Positions 15,754 to 25,406 are shown, numbered from the stretch's first letter. The stretch: 64,000 bases of DNA from Methanobacteriota archaeon (GCA_002722135.1 PBKJ01000023.1:3278-67277), one strand, 5' to 3'. Notes: generated by a model from the sequence alone, not told the origin. Program-made: numbers and translations.

Positions 15754-18015
15754 ATGGACCCGGTGCTGGCTGCTCTCCTTGCCACCTCCTTCGGTTTTGG
15801 CGGTGCTGGCGCCGCCGCCTGGCGGCGCGTTACGTTGCGCTGGAAAACCCTCGACGATCAGCGCTTGGTCAACGAGCAGGCCGCGGCAGCGCACGCCGTC
15901 CAGCAACGCGAAGCGATCGAGACGCTGGGCCGTCGCTTGTCGTCCATGGAGGCCTTGCTCGAGGACGCAAGGAGCGTCCTTCCAGACCTCGATGGCGCCA
16001 TCATGGCGCATCGCCTGCTCAACGAGGACGACGTCGATGCGGTGGCCTTGTGGCGCACGTTGGACCGGCTGGTGGTTGGTCTTCCCTCCACGCCAGAGAC
16101 CATGGAGGCCGCCATCGATCCGATGAAGCGCTCGACGCTGCAACACCTCTTCGCTCGCGCCACGGCTGACGCGCTGCCTGTCGAAGGCCAACTGTCTTCT
16201 GCGAGTTTGACCCAATTGGCCGAAGCAGCCCTGCTGATGGGTCACGACGCGACCGCCGAGCATCTGCTCCAGCACGCCCTTGCCGACCGGCCTGGTGACG
16301 CTGCGCTCCACGCCATTGCAGAGCGCATCGCTGCCCGTCGTGGTGACGGTGTTGCGCGCCTGGCCCACCTCGAGGCACAGCTCTCAGAGCGGCCCGATGA
16401 CACCGAACTTCTCCGCCGTCAGGCCCATCTCTTGGCTTCGGCAGGACAAGCCGAGGCGGAGCGACCCGTTCGCCGGCTTGAGGCGCTCGGCAAGGTCACG
16501 GCAGCCGACCGCAGCCTGCTCTCAGGCCTGCGGGCACGAGCAGGTGCACCCGATGAGGCGTTGGCAGAAATCGAGGCAGCCCTTCGCGAAGACCCCTCCC
16601 AACCGGACGACTGGGTTCGCCGAGGTGAACTCCTCGAGGCCAGCGATGTCGAACAAGCGTTGTCGTCGGCTGAAGCCTGCCTCAACCTCGACCGACAGCA
16701 CGGGGAAGGGTGGGCGCTCAAAGCCCGCTGCTTGGCGCGCCTGCCCGGCCGTGAACAGGAGGCGCTCAAGGCCGCCACGCACGCCGTCGCCCTCAGCGCA
16801 GGTGGCTGGACCGCCATCATGCTGAAGGCAGACCTTCAGGAAGGGGTCGGTGCGTTCACGGCTGCTGAGGAAGGGCTTGACCGGGCCATGCTGGCCCATG
16901 CTGACAACGCTCAACTTCGTGCGGCCATCGCCACGCGGCGGCTTGAACGTGGTGGCTTGGAGGAAGCCCAAACCCTTCTCGACGCCGTGCCGGCCGGGGT
17001 GGACCATGCCAGCCTGCACCTTGTCGAAGGGCGCCTTGCCCTCGCTCGTGCTGACTTGATTCGTGATGGAACTGGGTCGGTCGACGGCGGTCGTTTGCGT
17101 GAAGCGGGCGATGCCATCGATCAAGCGCTGAAACTGGATCGGGAGAATGGGCTTGCTTGGCTTGCGATGGGCCGCGTCCAGCGCTTGCTTGGTGATTTCG
17201 AGGCCGCCTCAGACTCCCTGACGCGGGCCGGTCGCCTGCTCGAGGAACACCTCCCGGCATTGTGTGCGGAATCGGCCCTTTTGGCGCTGGAGAATGGCGA
17301 CGACATCGAAGCCGAACGCCTCACAGACGCGGCCGACATCCGCGGCGAAGGCGCCCTCATCGCCTACGTTCGAGGCAACATTGCCGCCCGCAGAGGGCGG
17401 CTCGAGGATGCCATCGCGAGGTACGACGAGGCCCTCACGCTCGACCCCAACCACGTGCGGGCCAGGCTCAACCGATGCTCGGCCTACCTCGGAGGTGACC
17501 TTCCGGAGCGCGCGCTCGAGGACGCCGAACGCCTCTTGGTGCAGGCGCCCGATCTCTTGCTTGCACGCCTGCGACGTGCAGAATCAAAGATGGCTTTGAC
17601 GCATTGGAACGAAGCCGTTGACGACCTCAAGGTCATCATTGACGCCGTGCCGAACCATCACCATGCGCTGACGCAAATGGCTGCGTGCCAAGTGGCGCTT
17701 GACCGCCCAGAGCGCGCTGAAGCACCGCTGAACGAGGCCCTTCGGGCAGCTCCAAACCACGCGCATGCCTGGCACCAGCGCGGACTCCTCTACCTCCGTT
17801 GGGAGCGCTTTGAGGAAGCGGCCTCCGATTTCGAAGCGGCCATCCGTTGCCGAGGCGACCATCTCGAAGCTCGGCTTCACCTCGCGGCCATTCACCACAC
17901 CCTTGGCAACCACGAGGAGGCTGCGGCCGCGTGGCGTGCCGTGTTGAGCATCGATCCCGACCATGCCCTTGCTCGCCGCCGTCTCGAGCAAAGCGAGCAG
18001 CACCTCGTCGCTTGA
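15754..18015 (+). CDS. membrane-anchored TPR-repeat protein
   Basis: An N-terminal TM helix (VLAALLATSFGFGGAGAAAW) is followed by a coiled segment and then many TPR units (for example AWHQRGLLYLRWERFEEAASDFEAAIRCRGDHLEARLHLA). ATG 15754 is preferred over the track GTG 15748. Confidence 0.85.
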   Translation: MDPVLAALLATSFGFGGAGAAAWRRVTLRWKTLDDQRLVNEQAAAAHAVQQREAIETLGRRLSSMEALLEDARSVLPDLDGAIMAHRLLNEDDVDAVALWRTLDRLVVGLPSTPETMEAAIDPMKRSTLQHLFARATADALPVEGQLSSASLTQLAEAALLMGHDATAEHLLQHALADRPGDAALHAIAERIAARRGDGVARLAHLEAQLSERPDDTELLRRQAHLLASAGQAEAERPVRRLEALGKVTAADRSLLSGLRARAGAPDEALAEIEAALREDPSQPDDWVRRGELLEASDVEQALSSAEACLNLDRQHGEGWALKARCLARLPGREQEALKAATHAVALSAGGWTAIMLKADLQEGVGAFTAAEEGLDRAMLAHADNAQLRAAIATRRLERGGLEEAQTLLDAVPAGVDHASLHLVEGRLALARADLIRDGTGSVDGGRLREAGDAIDQALKLDRENGLAWLAMGRVQRLLGDFEAASDSLTRAGRLLEEHLPALCAESALLALENGDDIEAERLTDAADIRGEGALIAYVRGNIAARRGRLEDAIARYDEALTLDPNHVRARLNRCSAYLGGDLPERALEDAERLLVQAPDLLLARLRRAESKMALTHWNEAVDDLKVIIDAVPNHHHALTQMAACQVALDRPERAEAPLNEALRAAPNHAHAWHQRGLLYLRWERFEEAASDFEAAIRCRGDHLEARLHLAAIHHTLGNHEEAAAAWRAVLSIDPDHALARRRLEQSEQHLVA

Positions 18016-18057
18016 GACCCGAGGAAGGGCTATGTCGTGGAGGGCCCACGCAGGGCC

Positions 18058-18600
18058 ATGTCCCTCGAACCCGGCATGACCGCACCCGATTTCCACCTTC
18101 CCAACGCGAACGCCAACCACGGTCCTGATGCAATGGACCTTGCTGCAGCCCGTGGCGAGCATGGCACCATTGTGGTCTTCGAGTGCAACCATTGCCCCTA
18201 CGTCGTCGCGAGCGTCGGCCGACTCAACGCCATGGCTGAACATGCTGCATCGGTTGGCGTCGGTTTTGTCGGCATCAACAGCAACGATCCTGTCGTCTAC
18301 GAGAACGATTCCTGGGAGCACATGGTGAAGCGAGCCGAAGGCGGCATGCCCTACCCCTACCTCCACGATGCGGAACAGACCGTGGCCACGGCATGGGGCG
18401 CGGAACGCACGCCGGAGGTCTACCTTCTGAACGCTCAGCATGAGGTCGTGTACCGGGGTCGGATGGACGATTCGCCCAAAGATCCCGGCCAGGTGACCAC
18501 AGAGGACCTTCGTGATGCGTTGACGGCCATGCTGAACGGCCAATCTCCCGCAGTTGACCGCACCCAGAGCATCGGTTGCTCGGTGAAATGGAAGGCTTGA
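18058..18600 (+). CDS. thioredoxin-fold redoxin (thiol-disulfide oxidoreductase family)
   Basis: Contains GMTAPDFHLPN, VVFECNHCPYV, GINSNDP and TPEVYLL...VVYRGRMDD, typical of the redoxin/thioredoxin family. The start is ATG 18058 or GTG 18037. Confidence 0.8.
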   Translation: MSLEPGMTAPDFHLPNANANHGPDAMDLAAARGEHGTIVVFECNHCPYVVASVGRLNAMAEHAASVGVGFVGINSNDPVVYENDSWEHMVKRAEGGMPYPYLHDAEQTVATAWGAERTPEVYLLNAQHEVVYRGRMDDSPKDPGQVTTEDLRDALTAMLNGQSPAVDRTQSIGCSVKWKA

Positions 18601-18607
18601 GGGGAAC

Positions 18608-19249
18608 ATGAACGGTGCATGGCGCGTCTATGGCGCAGAATTCGTCGGAACCGCATGGATGGTCGCTGTGGGGACAGGGAGCGTTGCCCTTGGCGGCTCC
18701 CTGCTCGCGGTTTCCTTGTCCTTCGGCCTCGCCGTCACGCTCGCCATCCTTGCGTTACGCGGTGTGTCCGGGGCTCACATCAATCCGGCCGTGTCCACAG
18801 GTTTCGTGCTAACGGGGCATCTGCCCCGTGAACGGTGGCTTGGCTACGTGCTGGCTCAAGCGGCTGGTGGCCTGCTTGGAAGCGGGGCGGTCCACGTGGT
18901 GATCGGGCCCGATGAGCTTGCCCCGACGGTGTTCGCCGAGGGCCTGTCCGCGCTCTCCGCGGTCGGCATCGAGGTCGGCATCACGGCCGCGTTAATGGCG
19001 TCCATTCTCGGGGTGGTCGCCTGGCGTGACGATTCCACCCTGACCGTTGCGGTCGTGGTTGGAGCGGTGGTGGCTTTGCTTGCATTCTTCTTCGGGCCAC
19101 TGACGGGTGCGTCGATGAATCCGGCGCGGACCTTGGGCCCGAACCTCTTGTCTGGAGCCGGGGGCCTCATGGTGTACACACTGGCCACGGTCGTAGGGGC
19201 GGTGCTGGCGGCCGCTGTGGTCCGTTGGAAGGGCAGTGGGGTGCCCTGA
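18608..19249 (+). CDS. aquaporin / MIP-family channel
   Basis: Two NPA boxes (SGAHINPAVS and GASMNPARTLGP) and 6 TM helices. Confidence 0.9.
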   Translation: MNGAWRVYGAEFVGTAWMVAVGTGSVALGGSLLAVSLSFGLAVTLAILALRGVSGAHINPAVSTGFVLTGHLPRERWLGYVLAQAAGGLLGSGAVHVVIGPDELAPTVFAEGLSALSAVGIEVGITAALMASILGVVAWRDDSTLTVAVVVGAVVALLAFFFGPLTGASMNPARTLGPNLLSGAGGLMVYTLATVVGAVLAAAVVRWKGSGVP

Positions 19250-19672
19250 TCAGTACTGTTCGAGCACAAGTTCGGTGGTGGTGGATGCGATTTCATCAGG
19301 AGCCGCCATCCACATTTTATCGAGCAGCTGACGCAACGACATCGTGTCGTCGACGTGCACCAAGGCGATCAGGTCTGCTTCTCCTGACACTTCGTACACC
19401 ACTTCAACACCCGTCCAATGGGTGACTTCCGAGGCGAAGGAACCGATTTCTGCGCCAGGTGCGACTTTGATGCGCACCAGCGCGGTCAGTCCGACGCCTC
19501 CTTCACGAATGGTGTACCCTCGAATGGTCCCGTCTTCCTCGAGTTTCCTCACGTGAGTGCGGACGGTGCGTTCGCTCGCTCCAACCTCCTTGGCCAAGTC
19601 CACGTACGAGATGCGGCCGTTGGCGCGAAGGGCAGCAAGGATGGCTCGGTCAATTTCGGCGATGCGGGGCAT
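19250..19672 (-). CDS. Lrp/AsnC-family transcriptional regulator
   Basis: Internal ATG 19672. The product has an HTH (MPRIAEIDRAILAALRANGRISYVDLAKEVGASERTVRTHVRKLEEDGTIRGY) followed by a RAM/AsnC_trans_reg domain. Confidence 0.85.
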   Translation of the reverse strand: MPRIAEIDRAILAALRANGRISYVDLAKEVGASERTVRTHVRKLEEDGTIRGYTIREGGVGLTALVRIKVAPGAEIGSFASEVTHWTGVEVVYEVSGEADLIALVHVDDTMSLRQLLDKMWMAAPDEIASTTTELVLEQY

Positions 19673-19694
19673 GGCACTTGAGGAAAGACGGACC

Positions 19695-19701
19695 CATATA
19701 G
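19695..19701 (-). promoter_or_regulatory. TATA-box-like element (CTATATG on the minus strand) 23-29 bp upstream of the lrp ATG
   Basis: The spacing fits a leaderless transcript of the Lrp/AsnC gene. Confidence 0.35.
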
Positions 19702-19767
19702 CCCCTTCTACGCCGATATCCTCCGCATTCTCGGGTTTGTTGAACGATATTCGGAAAAACATCCAAA

Positions 19768-20241
19768 ATGCTCGCCTTCAAGAAGGCGGGAGGTTCAGAA
19801 CCCCACGTGGCGAGTGCAGAGGGCGTTGCGCGCCTGCAAACCTTTCTCGATGAGGTGGCCAACCTCGAACTTCCTGACGCCCAACATCAATGGTATCAGG
19901 TCGAAGTCGCCGCGATGCTCGACGGCAGCGAGATCCTGATGCACGAGGTCCAGCCGTTGACCGGTGCTGCCCTGCTGTTCATGAACAACGGCGTGGTGCT
20001 CGCAGAACCATGCTGCCGCGGGCTTCGACAATATCCTCGCCACCTCCTGCATCTGTTCGTGGAGGATTTCCGAGGCACGCCATCGGTCGATGCCGATGGC
20101 CTGCTTTACCGCGTCGAACTCTTCTCAATTTCACCCGCCGACGAGCAGCTCTGCTGGCTTCACGAATGCAGAGAAGAACACGACATCCCAGCCGCTCAGA
20201 CCTCGACCGCCCGGTGGATGCGCTGGCTCAACCACGTCTGA
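19768..20241 (+). CDS. hypothetical protein (157 aa)
   Basis: An ORF divergent from the lrp gene. I recognise no motif. Confidence 0.45.
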   Translation: MLAFKKAGGSEPHVASAEGVARLQTFLDEVANLELPDAQHQWYQVEVAAMLDGSEILMHEVQPLTGAALLFMNNGVVLAEPCCRGLRQYPRHLLHLFVEDFRGTPSVDADGLLYRVELFSISPADEQLCWLHECREEHDIPAAQTSTARWMRWLNHV

Positions 20242-20293
20242 ACCGCCGCACCGTTGAAGGGCGGACGTCTGTTCGCTTCGCTTGGGGAAGGAC

Positions 20294-21547
20294 GTGAGCG
20301 GTCACATCACCGGATTGGATGCAAGGATGATCTTGGATTCCCGTGGGAACCCGACGGTCGAGGTCGATTGCTACGTGGACGGTGCGCTCGCTGGACGCGC
20401 CGCCGTGCCCTCAGGGGCTTCCACCGGCCGCCACGAAGCGGTGGAACTCCGCGACGGCGGTCAACCGTGGTTGGGCAAAGGCGTGGATGCCGCGGTGACC
20501 GCGGTGACCGAACACATCGCTCAGGCCTTGGTGGGCATGCCGGTGGACGACCAGCGCATGCTTGACGAGACCATCGTCGAGCTTGACGGCACTGGAAACA
20601 AGTCACGCTTGGGGGCCAACGCGACCCTCGGTGCTTCCCTTGCGTGCCTGCATGCAGGCGCAGCACAGCACGAGCTGCCGGTCTGGCGCTACATCGGCGG
20701 TGTCGCGGGCGGCCTGATGCCCGTCCCGATGATGAACATCCTCAACGGCGGAGCACACGCCGCTTCCAACGTTGACGTTCAGGAATTCATGGTCGTGCCG
20801 CACGGCTTCGATTCCTTCGGAGAAGGGTTGCGCGCGGGCGTGGAAACCTATCACGCCCTCAAGGCCGAATTGCGCCAAGACGGTTTGTTGGGCGGCATCG
20901 GTGACGAGGGAGGGTTTGCACCCAACCTCCCTTCCAACGAGGACGGGCTGCGTTACCTCGTTCGAGCCATTGAGGCCGCCGGGTATTCCACCGAACAGAT
21001 GGGCATCGCGCTCGACGTGGCCAGCACCGAATTCCATCGTGACGGCGCCTACCACATCGACGGGCAGGCCATCGACAGCGAGGGATTGGCCGATCTGTAT
21101 TCGGGATGGCTGGACGAGTACCCCATCCTGTCCATCGAGGACGGATTTGACGAGGACGACTGGCTTGGCTGGTCCCGGTTCACGGCCCGCGAAGGGCACC
21201 GTGTTCAAATCGTAGGCGACGACCTCTTCGTGACCCAATCGGAGCGCCTCGCTCGCGGCATCGAGATGCAGGCCGCCAACGCGATGCTGGTCAAGGTCAA
21301 CCAGGTGGGCACGGTCACCGAGACCCTCGAAGCGATGGACCTTGCTTCGCGGAACGGCTTCAACAACGTCGTCAGCCATCGTTCCGGTGAAACCGAGGAC
21401 GTGACGATCGCCGACCTTAGCGTGGGCACGCGTGCGGGACAAATCAAGACGGGCGCTCCGGCACGCAGCGACCGTACAGCGAAGTACAACCAGCTGCTTC
21501 GCATTGCCTCCGAAGTCAGCGATTACGCAAGTCCCTTTGACGTCTGA
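20294..21547 (+). CDS. eno: enolase (phosphopyruvate hydratase)
   Basis: Contains ITGLDARMILDSRGNPTVEV, SGASTGRHEAVELRDG, IEDGFDEDDW, KVNQVGTVTE and SHRSGETED. The GTG 20294 start is preferred; the track start is TTG 20282. Confidence 0.95.
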   Translation: MSGHITGLDARMILDSRGNPTVEVDCYVDGALAGRAAVPSGASTGRHEAVELRDGGQPWLGKGVDAAVTAVTEHIAQALVGMPVDDQRMLDETIVELDGTGNKSRLGANATLGASLACLHAGAAQHELPVWRYIGGVAGGLMPVPMMNILNGGAHAASNVDVQEFMVVPHGFDSFGEGLRAGVETYHALKAELRQDGLLGGIGDEGGFAPNLPSNEDGLRYLVRAIEAAGYSTEQMGIALDVASTEFHRDGAYHIDGQAIDSEGLADLYSGWLDEYPILSIEDGFDEDDWLGWSRFTAREGHRVQIVGDDLFVTQSERLARGIEMQAANAMLVKVNQVGTVTETLEAMDLASRNGFNNVVSHRSGETEDVTIADLSVGTRAGQIKTGAPARSDRTAKYNQLLRIASEVSDYASPFDV

Positions 21548-21596
21548 GTGCAGGCCGAATGTCACGCTTCAAAAGGGGCTGAGCATCGCCAATACC

Positions 21597-22130
21597 ATGC
21601 GAATCGTCGCCACGCTGCTCTGTACCCTTGTCGTGTTCAGCTTCCTTGCTGCTCCCGGCATGTCCGAAGAAACCGACACCACCGCCACCGCGGTGGTCAC
21701 CCCCGACGCCGAGTGCGACCACACGGTCCGCATCGCGCCGAGCGGCATCAAGTTCAGTCCCGCCACGCTCAGCGTGAACGACGGTGACACGGTCTGCTGG
21801 CAATGGACCGACGAGTCCATGGCCCACAACGTCGTTGAGACGGCTGCGGAAGGAGAAACCGCCGCACTGGACGGCGGCATCAGTTCAGGGGAAGCCAAAG
21901 AAACCGAGGACTTCCGTGTGACCTTCACCGGTGATCAAGACTTCACCTACGTCTGCGAGCCCCACGCCAGTTCCGACATGGTGGGCATCGTGACCGTCGG
22001 TGAGGGCGATCCCGCCCCGGCCAGCGAAACAGGATCCAGCTCCTCCTCAGAGGACGCCCCAGGCTTTGCGGCCCCCATGGCCGTCGTGGCCCTCGTGGCT
22101 GCGGCCATGATCCTCGCCCGCCGCGAGTGA
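21597..22130 (+). CDS. halocyanin/plastocyanin-like blue copper protein with a PGF-CTERM anchor
   Basis: Internal ATG 21597. The product has a signal peptide (MRIVATLLCTLVVFSFLAAPG), cupredoxin ligands (H in MAHNVV; C-x-P-H-x4-M in YVCEPHASSDM), a Ser-rich linker and then PGFAAPMAVVALVAAAMILARRE. Confidence 0.8.
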   Translation: MRIVATLLCTLVVFSFLAAPGMSEETDTTATAVVTPDAECDHTVRIAPSGIKFSPATLSVNDGDTVCWQWTDESMAHNVVETAAEGETAALDGGISSGEAKETEDFRVTFTGDQDFTYVCEPHASSDMVGIVTVGEGDPAPASETGSSSSSEDAPGFAAPMAVVALVAAAMILARRE

Positions 22131-22172
22131 AACCACCCGTGTCCCTAAATCCCATCACGGTGGGTCCTTGCC

Positions 22173-23234
22173 ATGGCTTGGGGCCGTCACGTGCCGGTCC
22201 TGGTGACCGCGCTGCTTCTGCTGGTCGTCGCCCGGCAGATTTGGCCCTACGCCGACGTGCACAATCCCGTGGTGGAAGAGGGCATGCAGGTGGACCTGCT
22301 GATCGGCAACCTCGGTGGTCCCACCTGCATGGAGTGGTTGGACAACGAGACCATGCTCGTGTGTGACCGCGACGGGGGACGCATCGTCCTCCTTCCTCTC
22401 ACCTACGATGGTGATTGGCGGGCCGGTGAACCCGAAACCTGGCTTGATGGCCTTGACTTCCCTCACGATGTGGCCCTGCTCGATGACGCACTGGTCGTGT
22501 CTGAGGCAGGCCGCTTGCGGAGCTTTCCCCTCAGCGACGGTGCACCGACGGGCAACGGGACGGTGCTCGTGGACGGCGTCCCCACCGGGAACCATCAGAC
22601 CAACGCCGTCAACGTCCTTCCAAACGGGACCCTTGTCTGGCACTCGGGTTCCACGTGCAACGTGTGTGAGGAAAGCGACGAGCGCAACGCTGCCTTGTTG
22701 TGGGTCAACGCCAGCACGGGTGAGCACGGCGTTCTGGCCAGCGGTGTGCGCAACTCGTTTGATGGGACCTGGGTCGAAGGCCTCGGCTACCTCTTCAGCG
22801 ACAACGGCCGAGACTGGGAAGGCGATCATCCGCCTGAAGAGGTGAACCTGCTCATCGAAGGCGCGGATTACGGCTGGCCAAACGACGCCCCTGAAACCCC
22901 GGTGCCGGTAGGAACCGAAGCCCCTGTGGCGACGTGGACTCCGCACAGCAGCCTGAACGGGCTCGCCCACCGTCCGGTCAATTCCAGCCTGCCCGGCGGC
23001 AACCACACGGTCTACGCCACGGTGTATGGGTCATGGAACAGCGTCGTTCCGGTGGGTCACGAAATCGTCCGCATCGACTTCTCGCAGGCCGTGGACGGCA
23101 CGTGGTCAGGCACCACCTCGGTCTTCGCCTCGGACCTTGGCACACCGCTGCCGATCGTCTTCCATCCAAACGGCGACCTCTTTTACGCCACCTTTGGCGG
23201 CAACGGCCGCGTCCACGTCATCACGGCCCAGTGA
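22173..23234 (+). CDS. PQQ-dependent sugar (glucose/sorbosone) dehydrogenase-like beta-propeller, N-terminally anchored
   Basis: An N-terminal TM helix is followed by CDRDGGRIVLL, HSGSTCNVCEE, GVRNSFDG, FSDNGRDWEGDHPPEEVNLL..GADYGWPN. These are typical of the GSDH family. Confidence 0.65.
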   Translation: MAWGRHVPVLVTALLLLVVARQIWPYADVHNPVVEEGMQVDLLIGNLGGPTCMEWLDNETMLVCDRDGGRIVLLPLTYDGDWRAGEPETWLDGLDFPHDVALLDDALVVSEAGRLRSFPLSDGAPTGNGTVLVDGVPTGNHQTNAVNVLPNGTLVWHSGSTCNVCEESDERNAALLWVNASTGEHGVLASGVRNSFDGTWVEGLGYLFSDNGRDWEGDHPPEEVNLLIEGADYGWPNDAPETPVPVGTEAPVATWTPHSSLNGLAHRPVNSSLPGGNHTVYATVYGSWNSVVPVGHEIVRIDFSQAVDGTWSGTTSVFASDLGTPLPIVFHPNGDLFYATFGGNGRVHVITAQ

Positions 23235-23238
23235 TGCC

Positions 23239-23466
23239 TTACTTCCATGCTCGCCATTCGCCAGATTCGTCGCGAAGGAACCATTGTCCCGAGCCTTCTG
23301 GATGCTCGAGGTACTCATGACCGTCGTCTTCGCTGATGGAGCCTTGGAGGTCTGCGGAGGGCACTGAGGTGGGTTGAGGCATGCCGGCCGGTGCTTCCAT
23401 GGCCATGCGCATGCGCAAGGCAGCTTCGCGTATCAACGGTGTAACTCCGGGCCACTTTGCGTACAT
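23239..23466 (-). CDS. hypothetical small protein (75 aa)
   Basis: This is the only ORF filling the gap. Its acidic C-terminus reads EYLEHPEGSGQWFLRDESGEWRAWK. Support is weak. Confidence 0.3.
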   Translation of the reverse strand: MYAKWPGVTPLIREAALRMRMAMEAPAGMPQPTSVPSADLQGSISEDDGHEYLEHPEGSGQWFLRDESGEWRAWK

Positions 23467-23478
23467 GATGGCCCGTTC

Positions 23479-23814
23479 TCATCCTTCGAGCGAGGTCTCG
23501 CTGAACAGTCGGAGCACGACCACACCAGCGATGATCAGGCCCATGCCAACCAACGCCGCAGCATCCAATTTCTGGTCGTACACGACCACCGTTACCACCG
23601 CCAAAGCGGCAATGCCCACACCTGACCAGACCGCGTAGGCCACGCCAAGCGGGATGGTGTCCAAGGTCTGTGAGACACACCAGAAGGAGCCGACGTAACC
23701 GACCATCACCACGATGGAAGGCCCAAGCCGCGTGAATCCTTCCGTGGCCTTGAGGCTCGAGGTGGCAATGACCTCGGAGACGATGGCGATAAGCAGCCAA
23801 ATCCACGCGTTCAC
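23479..23814 (-). CDS. SMR-family multidrug efflux protein (EmrE/QacE-like)
   Basis: The 111-aa product has 4 TM helices and a conserved membrane Glu (IAIVSEVIATSSLK) plus the VAYAVWSGVG motif. Confidence 0.9.
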   Translation of the reverse strand: MNAWIWLLIAIVSEVIATSSLKATEGFTRLGPSIVVMVGYVGSFWCVSQTLDTIPLGVAYAVWSGVGIAALAVVTVVVYDQKLDAAALVGMGLIIAGVVVLRLFSETSLEG

Positions 23815-23823
23815 GGCCTCACC

Positions 23824-24138
23824 TCAGTCCAGCAGGTGGAGGATGTCTTCGGGTGGCCGACCGATGACCGCACGTCCTTCATGCACGAGCACGGGTCGCT
23901 GCATCGGTTTCGGGTTTGAGGCCAGCAGGGCGCGAACGGCGACCACGTCGGAAAGATCGACGTCGCCTTCCACGTCGTTCGTGCGGACGATGCCATCAAG
24001 CCCAGCGAGCAGGTCCAGGTCATCAGCGTGCACGCCTTCCGTCAAGTAACGGTGCTCCTCAAAGGCCACGTCGCGTTCCTTCAGCAGGGCCACGGCTTGT
24101 CGCGACTTCGAACAGCGCGGGTTGTGATAGAGGCGCAT
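23824..24138 (-). CDS. ArsC/Spx-family arsenate-reductase-like protein
   Basis: Internal ATG 24138. The product begins MRLYHNPRCSKSRQAVALLKE and later contains MQRPVLV...AVIGRPPE. Confidence 0.85.
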   Translation of the reverse strand: MRLYHNPRCSKSRQAVALLKERDVAFEEHRYLTEGVHADDLDLLAGLDGIVRTNDVEGDVDLSDVVAVRALLASNPKPMQRPVLVHEGRAVIGRPPEDILHLLD

Positions 24139-24191
24139 GCACGTCCATCGAGGGTCGAGGCATGAAGCCTCCCTCCGTATGTTGGAGAACT

Positions 24192-24566
24192 TCACGGAGT
24201 TTCAACTGGGATGACCATCGTTTCTGGGCGGTTTCGAAAGGCTCGAATGCCGACGATCAAGAACAGCACAGCGGGCACGAGGTGGACCGCCAGAAGCCAC
24301 AGAAGATCGAGGCGCGTGGGAATCACCGCGAAGGCAGCCTGAGCGGATCCGAGCACGCCCATGATGCCAAAAATCACCACCCAAGGCCGTGTGTTGGCAA
24401 AAGCCAGCATGATGATGCCCATGATGTACAACGGCATGCAGAGGATGGAGAGCATGCTCGCGGTGAGGATTCGGCAGGACGCTGGATCTGCGCACAAGGC
24501 ACTTGCCGGCATGGGAAAGAAAAGGACGACAACGCTGAGTGCCAACAACGCTCGCAGGCCCTTCAT
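24192..24566 (-). CDS. hypothetical membrane protein (signal peptide plus 3-4 TM helices)
   Basis: Internal ATG 24566. The product begins MKGLRALLALSVVVLFFPMPASA. The upstream part of the track ORF is R/P-rich shadow sequence. Confidence 0.5.
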   Translation of the reverse strand: MKGLRALLALSVVVLFFPMPASALCADPASCRILTASMLSILCMPLYIMGIIMLAFANTRPWVVIFGIMGVLGSAQAAFAVIPTRLDLLWLLAVHLVPAVLFLIVGIRAFRNRPETMVIPVETP

Positions 24567-24604
24567 GGTGTGCCCCTCTGCACTCGCACGGAAAACATCT
24601 CTTG

Positions 24605-25381
24605 TCAATCGGTGAGGTCGAGGATGCACGGCGCGTGGTCGCTGACCTCGAGCCCGGCTTGCCGGACGATGTCCACAGCAACGATCCGCTTGGCGGCAGC
24701 CGGGTTGCAGAGGAGGTAATCGATGCGCCACCCCTTGTCGTCAGCACGAGCGTTGCCACGGTTGGACCACCAGGAGTAGATCTTCTCGCCCTCGCCCTTC
24801 ACGTGACGGAAGCTGTCGACCCATCCGTCGGCCAGCAGTTCGCTGAACCAAGCCCGTTCTTGAGGAAGGAAGCCACTCGTCTTGGCGTTGCCTTTGGGGT
24901 TCCAGATGTCGTCTTCGGTGTGGGCGATGTTAAGGTCTCCGACCACGACCACAGGGTGGTCTGCGTCGAGCCACGGCGCAAGCCATGCCCGCCAAGCGTC
25001 CATCCAGCGCTCCTTGTACGCTTGGCGCTCTGGACCGCCACCGCCGTTGGGCAGGTAGGTGTTGACGCAGACCAAATCACCGTGGCGGGTCACGAGAACG
25101 CGGCCCTCGATGTCGGTGGCGTCCTCGCCCCACGCGAACCCGGGAAGCACGTCTTGCTCAAGCGTGCTGAGCGTGGCCACGCCAGAATAGCCCTTCTTTT
25201 CCGCAGGATGAAGGTACACTGCGTGGCCTTCAGGCCACGACCAGTCCTTGGGCAGTTGCTCCTCGAGCACACGCGTTTCCTGCAGCATCAGCACGTCGGC
25301 ACCAAGGGTGTCGATCCACCCGTCGATGCCCTTGCGGATGGCGGCACGGAGGCCATTGACGTTCCACGACACGAGGCGCAT
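24605..25381 (-). CDS. xth: exodeoxyribonuclease III (AP endonuclease)
   Basis: Contains MRLVSWNVNGLRA, LQETR, VVVGDLNIAH and SDHAP. The alternative start is ATG 25420. Confidence 0.9.
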   Translation of the reverse strand: MRLVSWNVNGLRAAIRKGIDGWIDTLGADVLMLQETRVLEEQLPKDWSWPEGHAVYLHPAEKKGYSGVATLSTLEQDVLPGFAWGEDATDIEGRVLVTRHGDLVCVNTYLPNGGGGPERQAYKERWMDAWRAWLAPWLDADHPVVVVGDLNIAHTEDDIWNPKGNAKTSGFLPQERAWFSELLADGWVDSFRHVKGEGEKIYSWWSNRGNARADDKGWRIDYLLCNPAAAKRIVAVDIVRQAGLEVSDHAPCILDLTD

Positions 25382-25406
25382 ACCATCACGGCGTATGCGG
25401 CGGGCC

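Noticed and set aside
20243-20268. Weak hairpin (ccgcc...ggcgg) downstream of the 157-aa ORF
   Set aside because: It has only a 5-bp stem with a ~12-nt loop and no following T-tract. That is not convincing as a terminator.
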